DNA of 64,000 nucleotides, taken from positions 44,140,624 through 44,204,623 of the forward strand of contig NC_057724.1 of NCBI RefSeq assembly GCF_004010195.1. The letters are read 5' to 3'. The translations under genes were made by a program, and so were the position numbers. Below the pieces are notes generated by a model. That model saw only the letters and a program-made list of their open reading frames with translations, made no database searches and had not been told where the DNA came from. This document shows, piece after piece, positions 13,520-24,942 of this stretch. Positions within the stretch are counted from its first letter, which is position 1; every line of letters begins with the position of its first letter. This DNA is from Chiloscyllium plagiosum (taxonomy: Eukaryota).

Positions 13520-14400
13520 TACTTGGACAACTGCCAGTGCTGGAAATCAGAAACAAAAACCCAAGGACTGTTCCATCTGGGACACTTTCGTCCACTCCTC
13601 CTTCACTCCTAACAACCCTAGCCCCCACAGCCCCATGGCACCGCAGAAGGTGTAACACTTGCCCATTTACGTCCTCCCTCCTCAGCATTCAAAGGCCTAG
13701 ACACACCTTCCAGGTGAAGCAGCGCTTTACCTGCACTTCACTCAATCTAGTCTATTACATTTGCTGTTCACCATGTGATCTCCTCTACAATTGGGAAACA
13801 AAGCCTAGATTTGGTGACCCCTTCTCAGAATACCTACGTTCTGTCCACAAAAAAGACCCTGAGCTTCCAGTTGCCTGTTACTGGAACACATCACCCTGTT
13901 CCCTGGCCAACATCTCTGTCTCAGGCTTGCTGCAGTGTTCCAGTACAAGCTAGAAGAACAGCACCTCATTTTCCACTTGGGAACTCTACAACATTCTGCA
14001 CTCAATATCGAGATTAACAATTGAGGCACCTTCTCCCATATCTTTATTCCAATCCCCACACACCAGGCCTTGTTATCACATGGTCTGCTTTCATTCAAAA
14101 TCCATTGTTAGCCACTAATAGTCCCCATTTGTAGCTATTCATTCTGCAGACTGACCATTATCCACTCTTTTGTCTGTTTGACTGTTCTCTCTCTTTGGGC
14201 TCTATTTCCACCCATCATTTACTCCTTACCTCCCCCTCGTCTCTCCCCGCTACCACCCTATCCTCTGCTTAAAAACAGATGTTTTCCTAGCTACCATCAG
14301 TTCTGAGGAATTGTCACTGGACCCAAAACATTAACTCTGATTTCTTTCCACAAGCGCTACCAGACCTGCTGAACTTTGCTGGGAAATTCAATTTTTAGTA
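13520..14400 (+). mobile_element. Penelope-like element 3' portion: Cys-rich linker, GIY-YIG endonuclease relic and terminal repeat with a decayed hammerhead
   Basis: ORF 13498-13953 contains RCNTCPF...FTCTSLNLVYYICCSPCDLLYNWETKPRFGDPFSEYLRSV (degenerate VY..YIGET..R..EH); ttctgaggaa...gacccaaaacattaac at ~14300-14335. Confidence 0.85.
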
Positions 14401-15084
14401 CTTACAGATGAAGATGGATTGACACATAGCAGTGATAACCAAAGGTAAAGACAGACAGATAAAAGAGAGATGGTCAGAAAGTGAGAAGGTCAAAGATGAA
14501 GACAAAAGGAACAAGAAAGACCTGGTTTCAAATGCGGGAATTTGAATATTTTAATAATTCCCTTGCACAGTCAAGGTCCACAAATTTCATGCTGCTTGCA
14601 TGTAACTCAATGTTAAATCTGCTGCTGATGGCTATTCAACTATAATTTCATGTGCATGCTGGAGTGACAAGAGTTAAAACAAGGCTGCACTGCTTAACGG
14701 AGAGGTGTTTTCTAACTGCAGTGCAGTAAGTGGTGAAACTATCACCAAAGGGTCTCTAAAAAGAGCAAAGAGTAAATGGGTTAGGCCAAAGAGGGACTGC
14801 TGGATTCTCCAATGAAGCCCAGAAGGTTCAGGCAAACATTGTGAAGGGGATGGAAGTAACTGGTCACAGCTTAATTCGAGGAATGTAGCCCCGTGGACCT
14901 GGATACAGATCTGAAAGAAGCTTAATGGCCTCACTGGAACGGTGAAAGCCAGTGATTACAACCTATACCCTACACACCCTGACACCAACCTCACGCATTA
15001 CACATTGTACCATAGCCGTGCCATACACAGTCAGTGATCTTTAACTATCAAGACATTGTTAGAAGGAACAGATATATAGTCTAC

Positions 15085-15897
15085 ATCTTAAATGGTAAGA
15101 GGTTAGGAAGTGTAAATGAACAAAAGGATCTGGATGTCCAAGCCAATGGAGGTGCATGTGCAGCAAGCTATTGCAGCATGTTAGTCTTTATAGCAAAAGG
15201 ATGAGGGTACAGGAGTAGTGAAGCCTTGCTTCAAGTACATAGAAGCCAATAGATGTGAAGCTGGAAGAACACAGCAGGTCAGACAGCATCTGACCAACAG
15301 GAAAGTCAACATTTTGAGCCGAAACACTTTGTCACATAGAACCTTGGCTAGACTGCACTTTGGGTACTGGGTGCAGGTTTGGACTTCTTATCTCAGGTAA
15401 GAAATTATTGCCATAGAGGAGAGCAATGAAGGTTCATCAGATCTGTTTTGGAGAATGGCAAGTCTGTCCAATGAAAAGTGATTGGGCAAACTGGGCCTGT
15501 ATTCCCTAGAGGTTCAAAGAATAAGAAGGTAACTCATTGAAACTTACAAAATACATAAAGGGATAGACAGGGTAGATGGAGGGACAATGCTTCCCCTTGT
15601 TTTGGAGTCTAAACTGGGAAATTAACTTTAAAAAGGGGAAAGCAATAGGAGACGAGGATGAAAAGTTTTTTTTTATTATTCAGAGGGTTGTGAATCTTTC
15701 AAATTCTCTATTCAGAGAAGCCTGAGTTATGAAGTATGTTGAAAATGGAGACTGACAGATTCCTACTAATCAAAGTCTGAAAAGAATCTGAGGATAGTTT
15801 GGGAAAATGTATGAAACTGGATGATCAGCTATGATCATGTTGAATGGCACAGTAAGTCTGATGGGCTGAATGGCCTACTTATACTCTCATGTTCCTG
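15085..15897 (+). mobile_element. Old CR1 3' region containing a nested PLE-derived insert
   Basis: CR1 RT C-terminal and 3'UTR similarity to other copies in the window. Confidence 0.75.
15245..15333 (-). mobile_element. Short PLE-terminus-derived insert with decayed hammerhead; 8-bp TSD
   Basis: ACATAGAA at 15237-15244 and 15334-15341; the interior matches the reverse complement of 21460-21535. Confidence 0.7.
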
Positions 15898-15974
15898 CTT
15901 TCAGCTGAGGTGAGATACTCACAAATCCACAATGGCTGCCCTCCAACACAAATCTTCCTCCCTTGTGTCAAGGA

Positions 15975-16460
15975 GGCTGACAGCACGGAAACAGACACTT
16001 TGGTCCAACTTGTCAATGCCTCCAAGTTTCCCGAACTAATTCCCTTTTGCCTGCACTTGGCCAAAATCCTTCTAAATGTTTCCAACTCATGTACCTGTCC
16101 AATGTGTCTTTTAAATTTGTAACTGTACCTGCATCCACCCCTTCTTCTGGTGGTTCATTCCATGTATGAACCACCCTCTGTGTGATAAAGTTGCCCTTCA
16201 GGTCCCTTATAAATCTTTCTCCTTTGACCTTATTAATAAGCCGCCTAGCTTTGCACTCAACTACCCTAGGGAAAAGACCTTTGCTATTCACCTTCTCGAT
16301 GTTCTTTGTGATTTTATAAACCTCTATAAGGTCACCCATCATCCTTGTACGCTCCAATGAGAAAAGTCCCAGCCTCTTCATGTAACTCAAACCCTCCAGC
16401 CCCAGCAACGTCCTTGTACATCTCCTCTGGGAACCAGATCCAATTTAATAATATCCTTTA
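15975..16460 (-). mobile_element. CR1 3' fragment
   Basis: ORF 16013-16408 (LGLFSLERTRMMGDLIEVYKI, TQRVVHTWNEPPEE). Confidence 0.85.
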
Positions 16461-17234
16461 TATTTATCAGAAAACAGTTATTTCCAGCACTGAATCTTGG
16501 AGAACCTTAGAATCACCAGTCTCCAGTCCAAGAAACAACCATTTCCAAACTCTCTATTTTCTGTCCTTAAGCAAATGTCATATCCAATCTGGCATCACAG
16601 TCTGTTCTCCATTGTATCCAATACTTGAATCTGTTGACTTTGCTCTTGGGAACTAGATGGGAGATTCAGGACATTATGACCTGAGCCTTTTCCAGTCCTC
16701 TGGCACCTGCTCTGTATCCAGTCAAGATCAGAGCTTCATGGGCAGCTGTTTCATTTTCTCCACCTTCATTTCCTTTTACAACTTGGAAGGCAACTGATCC
16801 AGATGATGCCATTATCTAGCCTGGGCATAACCAGCCAATTCAGTATATGCTACTTCCACCTCATTCATTTCTTCTACCATCTGCAGTATTTCTGATTTGA
16901 AGAATTCACCTGTACTGCATGATGGTTTCTTTTATGGTTTCATTACATTCTGTACCTCCTTCACCACCTTAGCTTTGGTGTTCTTACCAAATTCCTCTTC
17001 AATTCAGTTTAATAAAGAGTTGTCTCTTCATTCTGAGGCTGTATCCTCGGGTCCTAGAACCTCCTACTCATGGAAACATCTTCTCCATGTCCATTCTATT
17101 CAGGCTACTGAGTATTCTGTAAGGCCTACAATGTATGAAAAAGAAAACTGGAGATAAAAGCTTAAAAGCATTTATGAGAACTCCAAGATATCTACACTCT
17201 TCAATGCTGAGGATACCAGTCAATAACGAAAGAA

Positions 17235-17335
17235 ACTACAGAAATTGCTGGAGAAACTCAGCAGGTCTGGCAGCATCTGTGGAGGGAGAAACAGACTAAC
17301 GTTTCAAAGTCCAGTATGACTCGTTTTCAGATCTT
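17235..17335 (-). mobile_element. PLE terminal-repeat fragment with decayed hammerhead
   Basis: Minus strand CTGAAAAC-GAGTC-ATACTG-GACTT-TGAAACGTT; homologous to 14300-14390. Confidence 0.7.
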
Positions 17336-17446
17336 CACGGAGTTATATGTCTCAATTCTACAGCGGTTTTTTTAGACTTCTCTTAGTATTTTCAATCCAC
17401 TATGATGCTATTTCCTTTGCTTGAAATATCCAACACTTACACTTTT

Positions 17447-17880
17447 TTTTTTAATTCATTCAGAGGATATGGGCTTTGTTGGCTGGGCCAACATTTATTG
17501 CCAGTTTCTAATTGCCCTTGAGAAGGTAGTGGTGAGCTTCCTTCTTGAACCATGCAATCCTCATGCTGTAGGTTGACTCACAATGCCCTTGGGGAGGATT
17601 TTTAGGATTTTGACCCAATGACAGTGAAGGAACAATGATGTATTTAAAGTCAGGATAGGGAGTTGCTTGAAGGAGAACTTGCAGGTGGTGGTATTCACAT
17701 GTATCTGCTGCCCTTGTCTTCCTAAATGATCGTGACTGTGGGTTTGGAACATGTCGTCTAGTAGGGCTTGGGTGAGTTACGGCAGTGCATCATCTAAATA
17801 GTCTACACTGCTGCTACTGTATGTCAGTGGTAGAGGGAGTCAATGTTTGTGGCAGTGGTGCCAATCTAGTGGGCTACCTG
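17447..17880 (-). mobile_element. Old LINE 3' end (second family; similar copies near 5640-5770 and 59795-60490)
   Basis: Shared motif attcat...ggc.gggcca.catttattgcc...taattgcccttgagaagg and a poly(A)-like end; clade not assigned. Confidence 0.6.
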
Positions 17881-18484
17881 ATGTGCAGTACAAATTAAAC
17901 TTGCCACTTGTCAGCTCAGGGCTAGATATTGCCTAGGTTATTATGAGCTATTATGAGTAATTCATTGTCAAACATATCTGGAAAGATACAGCAAAAAATG
18001 TTTTGTCACCACAATCCAGCACCATTTTGAGTTACAAAAAGAATTTAAGAAGTTATGTAAATTCAGTTCATCTTCTGTATAAGGCTTCTTCAAACACAGC
18101 TCCAGGCTTCTACAAGGTTTCTGCAAGGTGTCCCAGGCTTCAGGCCTACTGCAGCCAGGAGTCCCTTCTCCAGGCACAGCCCTCGGGCACAGCAATCCAC
18201 TGCTTCCTCCACGTTCATCAGCTGAGGGAGGATGAAGCAGGAAGGTTTCATTGATCATTGTTTCATCTGGTGCCATGAGGCTTTCTTAGATATGGATTCA
18301 ATATTGAGGACTCCCAAGGCAACTCTCTCCTGACTGTATAACCATTGTTTCATCACTCTGCTGGACCTGTCCTACTGATGGGATGGGAAATACCCGAGAA
18401 TGGTGATGGGAGTGTCTGAGAAATTTTAGATAAAGTATTATTGTCTGTAAAGTGAGAATGACTATGTCATAAACAAAACATATG

Positions 18485-19315
18485 CAGCCTCTCCCTATAG
18501 CTCAAACCCTCCAGCCCTGGCAACATCCTTGTAAATCTTTTCTCAACCCTTTCAAGTTTCACAACATCCTTCCAATAGGAAGGAGACCAGAATTGAACAC
18601 ACTATTCTTAAAGTAGCCTAACCAATTTTCTGTACAGTCGCAACATGACCTCCCAACTCCTATACTCAATGCACTGACCTATAAAGGTAAGCACACCAAA
18701 CACCTTCTGACTATTCTGTCGAACTGCGACTCTTAAAGTACTATGAACCTGCACTCCAAGTTCTTTGTTCAACACTCCACAGCACTTTACCATTAAGTGT
18801 ATGTGTCCTTCCCCGATTTGCCTTTCCAAAATGCAACCCCTCACATTTTTCTAAATTAAACTAACACTCAGTGCCAACTAACACTCCTCTGCCCATCAGC
18901 CCACCTGATCACGATCTCATTGTATTCTGAGGTAATCTTCCATCAATCTTAGTGTCATCTAAGAACTTACTAACTATACCTCCTATGTCTACATCCAAAT
19001 TACTTATATAAATGATGAAAAGCAGTGGACCCAGCACTGATCCCTGTGGCATACTACAGGTCAAAGGCCTCCTGTCTGAAAAGCAACCTTCCACCATCAC
19101 CCTCTGTCCCCACCTTCATGCCAGTTCTGTATTCAAGTGGCTACTTCTCCTTGTATTCCATGTGATCTAACCTTGCTAACCAGTCTACCATGTGGAACCT
19201 TGTCAAACACCTTACTGAAGTTTATATAGAACACAATCCTCTTTGTTACTTTTCAAAGCTATATTGACTATCCCTAATCAGTCCTTGCCTTTCCAATTAC
19301 GTGTAATTCCTGTCA
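18485..19315 (-). mobile_element. CR1 RT fragment
   Basis: ORF 18909-19100 (PQGSVLGPLLFIIYI, KFLDDTKI) and ORF 18608-18844. Confidence 0.88.
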
Positions 19316-20321
19316 CTTGTGGAAAGAAAGCGAAGTTAGCCCTTCAGATTCAGGGACTCTTCTTCAGAAAATAACTATGTTATTTTGTTCTACAGTGTGA
19401 TGCTGCAGTGGGAGATTAGAGACAGACCTGCCTGTTCCCATCCTCTAACGATGAAATCTTGGAGATCTCCAATGACTGCAATTTCTTCTTTTTGCTGCTC
19501 CTTCAAGTGCAATCTCTTGCCTATTGGTGCCATGGTGTGGGTTACACTTATTTGAGATGTCACCACTCACAACAGTCTCCAATGCTGACTATCTTGAGTT
19601 ACACACTCTATGAAAATGCTTGTAACTCCTGCCTTTCTAGATAATCTGGATGGCCATCCAAGTGCCATCCTGACTACTTTGTGGAAAGTACAATCCAGGA
19701 AAGTGTTACTCTCCCTGAGGCACGGCTTCAGCTATCACTTTAGCACAGAAGTCTGAGCTCAAATTCGAATGGTTAAAGATACTTCCGACACAAATGACCA
19801 CCCAAAACACGTGGAATGTCCTGAAGTTTCACAAGCAGCAGAAATTGCAAACAGCAAGTCTCAGATGCCTGACCATGAACTAAAAATAAGGTCCATTTCC
19901 TCTTTTAGAAACTAATTAGTATTTTGCTTAAAATATTTTAATTAATGCTTCTGGACCTGATCTGTGCTATTGCTCTTTTAATTCATTTACCTCATGCTGA
20001 ATGAGATGTTTAATTTTCTGTCTTGTATTTTGACTAGAGAAATGTTCATCAACCACTCAGTTAACTGTAATCCAGTGTTGAGACACTGATCTTTTTTCCT
20101 CGAACATGGTCCGTCTGCTTAGTGACCCGAGTGCTTTGTACCTCCTCCCATTTCTACTACAGCTAATGAATAAAAGTAGAAAAGCGATGACAGAAAGTGT
20201 CTTTGGAAGCCGTTTCACACAATCCACAGATGGTTTTCATCCTCAGGTATTCATTAAGATTTTCATTAATGAAAATAGCTTCAAAGATTAGGAACGTAAA
20301 ATAGCGTGACCTCAAAAGCTA

Positions 20322-20526
20322 TGATTTGGAGATGCTGGTGTTGGACTGGGGTGTACAAAGTTAAAAATCACACAACACCAGGATATAGTCCAACAGGTTT
20401 AATTGGAAGCACACTAGCTTTCAGAGCGTCGCTCCTTCATCACCTGATGAAGAAGTGAAGCTCTGAAAGCTAGTGTGCTTCCAATTAAACCTGTTGAACT
20501 ATTACCCTGTTTTGTTTGATTTTTAA
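20322..20526. mobile_element. Palindromic PLE-derived miniature insertion with 11-bp TSD
   Basis: CTCAAAAGCTA at 20311-20321 and 20527-20537; inverted arms ~20360-20527 centred at 20443/20444. Confidence 0.85.
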
Positions 20527-21453
20527 CTCAAAAGCTAAGCAGCTTAAAACTTTCATCCAGTTGCTGGGTGCAGCTGCCATGGTTCACACCAGGTGGCAGC
20601 AGAGATCCACTCCTGTTCTTTCCAACAGGCTCAGGCTATAGCCTACATGGCAGATGGTAATCACGTTGTCCATCTTTTTTTTAGCTAAGTCTGAGTTGTG
20701 TTGAGCTTTTTCGAGGAATTCCCAGTACAAGACCTAACAAGCTTTTTGACCATACATTACCAAACTTGCTGTTAGCTGTTTTATCTAACTACTCTGCCGT
20801 TATGATGTCTGTCACTTCTAATTCTGACCCCATTACACCTTCTGCCAATCCAAGATCAACTCACTACTTGACAGTTATCCAGCGAAAGACTGGCATCCCT
20901 TGCACTGGCACCACCTTTGAAAGGCTGCTGTGCACCCTGACGAGTATTGTCCCACACCAGCAACATGATTGCACACCAGCCACAAAGCCACATTAGTCAC
21001 AACATATTCATGGCAAAGGCTGGCACTGTTTCACAAATACTCATCTCCCATTCTCTCAGCTTAGTCACAGTGTAACCACCAGCCACTCTACACTCTACCT
21101 GTCCATAGGTACATTCTGTTTGAACACCCTCTAAGTCAGCAGAACCCTATCCCCACTGTAGACCCTCGTATGGAGTATGGAGACATCACACGCAGGCATG
21201 TAATCGGACAAATACAAAGGTGACTTTGTAATTACAGAAAGCACAAGTAATCGCAAAGAAAACCAATAGTTGCTGAGGTTCACCCTGACAAAGGAAACCA
21301 TATTTTGGCATCATGAACAACAAATATTTTACAGTCCATGATGGTCTATTGCACCCAGCTGTCATCTCTTGAAAGCAGGTGTCAGTGATATTCTGTCTGG
21401 CTTACAGTGCCTGACACACCCGACCTCTATCAGGGACAACTGTAGCTTCTTAC

Positions 21454-21496
21454 AGGTTCCTGATGAAGGGCTTTTGCCCGAAACGTCGATTGTCCT
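21454..21496 (+). ncRNA. Minimal type I hammerhead ribozyme motif (intact core)
   Basis: CTGATGA(21460-66)-A-GGGC-TTTT-GCCC-GAAA(21480-83)-CGTC; palindromic ACGT in place of stem III; predicted cleavage after GUC (21487). Activity untested. Confidence 0.75.
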
Positions 21497-21547
21497 GCCC
21501 TTCGGATGCTGCCTGACCTGCTGTGCTTTTCCAGCTCCACACTCTCG
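21454..21547 (+). mobile_element. 94-bp PLE-derived insertion carrying a minimal hammerhead; 15-bp TSD with one mismatch
   Basis: ACTGTAGCTTCTTAC (21439-21453) and ACTGTAGCTTCCTAC (21548-21562). Confidence 0.85.
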
Positions 21548-21842
21548 ACTGTAGCTTCCTACTAATGATCCTCATTGGTGATAACAAACCTGCAATCTGC
21601 ATCAGCCAGGAAGCTGCAAAATAGCACCATGAGCTATTGTCATCGTGGTCTTACGTCTCATTGGGTACAGCACTGAAAATTAAGCCCCATTATTCCTGGA
21701 GTTGTCACAAAAGTTCACAATTTTACCAAGTATTCAAAATTCTTCAATTTATCTGTCCTTTTAGACCAAAGTTAACAGAAAGCACAACAAGGTTTCTGTA
21801 CTTTATATGGGCTACTATTATTTTAAACAGAACACCAGAGAG

Positions 21843-22175
21843 ATGCTCCTTTATCAGGTGATTGTCATAAGTTGACAATAGATTTCCCCGCAGTGATAAT
21901 ATTGTCTACTGTGGTTCCAGGGCAGGCTTTGCTATTACTGGTAAGAATGCCAAGCTTCTCCAGTTTTTTGTCCTTGGCATGTATGTGGTGTAGTTTTGTT
22001 GCCTTGTCTGTTTGGCAATGTCACGTCATTGTACTGATGTACTGACAATCACCTGATGAAGGTGCGTCGCTCCGAAAGCTAGTGTGCTTCCAATTAACCC
22101 TGTTAGACTATAACCTGGTGTTGTGTGATTTTTAACTTTGTACACCCCAGTCCAACACCGGCATCTCCAAATCAT
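21843..22175. mobile_element. Rearranged PLE fragment: inverted partial terminal repeat, ORF-start piece and terminal repeat
   Basis: 21843-21866 is the reverse complement of ~22044-22068; the minus strand between them reads TAGKSIVNL (VNLS-like PLE N-terminus); 22050-22175 is homologous to the element at 20322-20526. Confidence 0.7.
22050..22084 (+). ncRNA. Minimal hammerhead ribozyme motif, second family
   Basis: CAC-CTGATGA(22053-59)-A-GGTGC-GTC-GCTCC-GAAA(22074-77)-GCTA-GTG; stem I CAC/GTG; palindromic AGCT; one stem II mismatch. Confidence 0.7.
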
Positions 22176-22399
22176 GCTTTCAATAAGTACACCAAATCCT
22201 TTTTTAATCATTTGCTTTTAAAACGATCCTTTCCCTGTTTCAGTCCATAATCAAAATACAGAAAAATAAGTAGACCTGATCTTTACAGTTGGTAAATCTT
22301 TTCCCCTGATAACAAGCTTTGTAACACACCTGGAGCCTCAAATATACCAGATGCTCAAAATTGCTCCTTGAGCCTCAAATACCCCTGCAGCCTGAGATG

Positions 22400-23140
22400 G
22401 AGCAGGTACACAAGTTGCTCCAGGATGTCGGAGTCAGGGCAGGTACCAGGTAGTGAGCCCATACCTCCTGGAAGTGTAATGGAACCCTTTCCTTTTGATG
22501 AATTCTGCAGCATTGTGATACAGTCCTCTCAGTGTCACGTGTGTGCAGTCAATGGCACCCCCCTGTACCTGGGGGAAGGTAGCTATATTTCTGAATGTGA
22601 CTGACCATCCTAACCTCTTCATAAGGAACACAATGAACCAGTGTGATTTTGCAGAATTAGCATTCGTCGCTGTCCTGATATATTTGTGGGTGCAAAACTG
22701 AGAGATGCCACACAGGTCACTCATCATGCCCTGGAAGGAGACAGTAGCATAAAATTTCAGTGCCACTGTGAACTTCACGGTGACCAGGAGAGGATGGCCT
22801 CCTGCTCCTGCCGCCCTCAGGTTCCACATCAGCATCCGATGTAGTTTGTCACAGTGTCCCAGGACAATTGGGGTTTGCATCAGCGCGGTAGTCAGTGCCA
22901 GAAAATACTGGGCGTCCTTCAGACCTCACACATCCTGAGGGACCGTGCAGCAGTGAAACCTCCCTGAGTTTGTTGCACCTCTTCCTCCCTGTCAGCCTGT
23001 TGCTGTTCCTGGGCTTCTCCCAGCCTTGGTCCTCCAGTATCTCTCTTTACCTTCTTAGGTAGCAGCCGCAATGACCAAATGCCACCCACGACCAGACCCA
23101 TGGCTTTCAGCGGAAATGTCCTAAAATGGAGCAGAAGAAA
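22400..23140 (-). mobile_element. PIF/Harbinger transposase relic
   Basis: ORF 22434-22880: VALKFYATVSFQ..SDLCGISQ ... FPQVQGGAIDCTHV ... FIKRKGFH (HARBI1-family GAIDCTH and NRKGFHS motifs); truncated before the remaining catalytic residues. Confidence 0.85.
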
Positions 23141-24569
23141 CACAAGAGTTTGGAGGTGAGAGTGGAGTACACTTCACCACACTGTGGGTCACAGGGATAC
23201 ATGCCACACCCTGAGGGACATGTCCCCATCATCCTTTCACATTCAGGCTCAGTCTGTGCAACAACTCAGTGAAGGTGTGACCCAGATCCGTACCACTCGG
23301 TGTCATGAAGAAGGGAGTACATGAAGCAATCCAAAACACTACCTACCCCAAACCTTGATCAAACACTCAGTCTCTCACTGCATTCACCACAGACCATTGT
23401 TACACTTACATGACAGATGAAGTGTAACAATGATCTGACACACACAGGATCCTTGGAAGTTGGACAAATAGTGGTTTCACTTCAACCAGTATTGGCCTTT
23501 TGTAATGTCACTGCTGCTCACTTCCACATTATTGAGATGCCAAAGTTTAATTTACAATTATGTTACAAATTGGCATGTTGCAAATCACCTTTGATCAGCA
23601 TCTGACGCCTGAGCACCCTCACACTGCTTGCATTGCAAATAGATGATGAAATGATTACACATGAAATATAGCTGGGGTTTGCAAACAGCTGCATGTATTT
23701 GTTGCTCCAATGTCTTTCCCCAGTCAAACTAACACTTACTCAACCCACCCTAGCATTGTTTCTAGTAACACTGCACATCTAGAGAACAGCAAGTGATGAC
23801 GGGGAACATATCTCATTGTGGACACCATCAGCACTGGCTTCTGCCTGATCACCAGGTACTCCATACCCCATGAGCCTCCATATCCTTTTTACCTTATACT
23901 AGCCTGACAGCCCATTTCAAACTATCCCCCTACCACATTGAACTTTGACTATGACTGTCCCCCCTGCACCCTGTGCACCTGCATTACACCATAATGAAGC
24001 CCATCCTGGTTCTCTGCTCCAACCCTATGGAAGTCACACTAGTGGCTATTGTCATTAACACCCCTCCACCCCTTCTATAGCCTACCAGGTTCTGCAGACC
24101 CTCCTCCCCCATATAAAGTTTCCTCCTATGACTGTCTTTACCCCCACCTTTATAAATGCCACTGCTTTCCACCTTCCCAGCCTTGACTTCCCCCATCCTT
24201 ATGAGCAACCCCCTCACAGAACACTCCTGAAAGATCAACAGAAGGACATCCAGGGCTATATGTTCTCCAGACCTTTGACCAACTAATGAGCAATCGTAGA
24301 CATAACTGACCACAGTGTATTCAGCTCTCTGCCTAACGATATACTATCTCTTAGGGAATGTGCTCTCCTTCAGGATTGATTGCTGAATGTCTCTCAGACT
24401 GCACTGACAGTGTGAGTATCCCAAATGAATAACTGACCTGCACTGTGTGCACACTATTCCTGTAATTCATGATGCCAGGCCCCCCTAACTGACAGCATCC
24501 CTCCTTTGACTGAATTGATGACTAGCCCTCATCAGTTTCTAACATTAGTATGGAATTAATATGCAATGT

Positions 24570-24942
24570 GGATTTCACCAATTTCCTAATTTCCCCTCCC
24601 CCCACCTTATCCCAGATCCAACCTTCCAGTTCAGCACTGCCCTCAAGACCTGTCCTACCTGACCATCTTCCTTCCCACCTAGCCGCTCCACCCTCCTCTC
24701 TGACCTATCACCCTTACCCCCACCTCCATCTATCTATTGCACTGTCAGCTACCTTGCCCCCAGCCCCAACCCCCTCCCACTTACCTCTCCATCTCCTCGG
24801 CTCACACCTCATTCCTGATGAAGGGCTTCTGCCAGAAACGTTGATTCTCCTTCTCCTCGGATGCTGTCTGATTTGCTGTGCTTTTCCAGCACCAAACGCT
24901 TGACTCTCATCTCAAGCAACTGCAGTCCTCACTTTTGCTTTA
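24570..24942 (+). mobile_element. PLE 3' end with pyrimidine-rich tract and hammerhead motif
   Basis: CTGATGA(24815-21)-A-GGGC-TTCT-GCCA-GAAA(24835-38)-CGTT; the downstream sequence matches 21488-21547. Confidence 0.8.

Noticed and set aside
20360-20527. Pre-miRNA, terminator or CRISPR repeat
   Set aside because: Explained by an inverted PLE terminus with a TSD; eukaryotic context and no spacer array.
22434-22880. Domesticated HARBI1 gene
   Set aside because: Truncated after KGFH, degenerate, no exon structure; a transposon relic is more likely.
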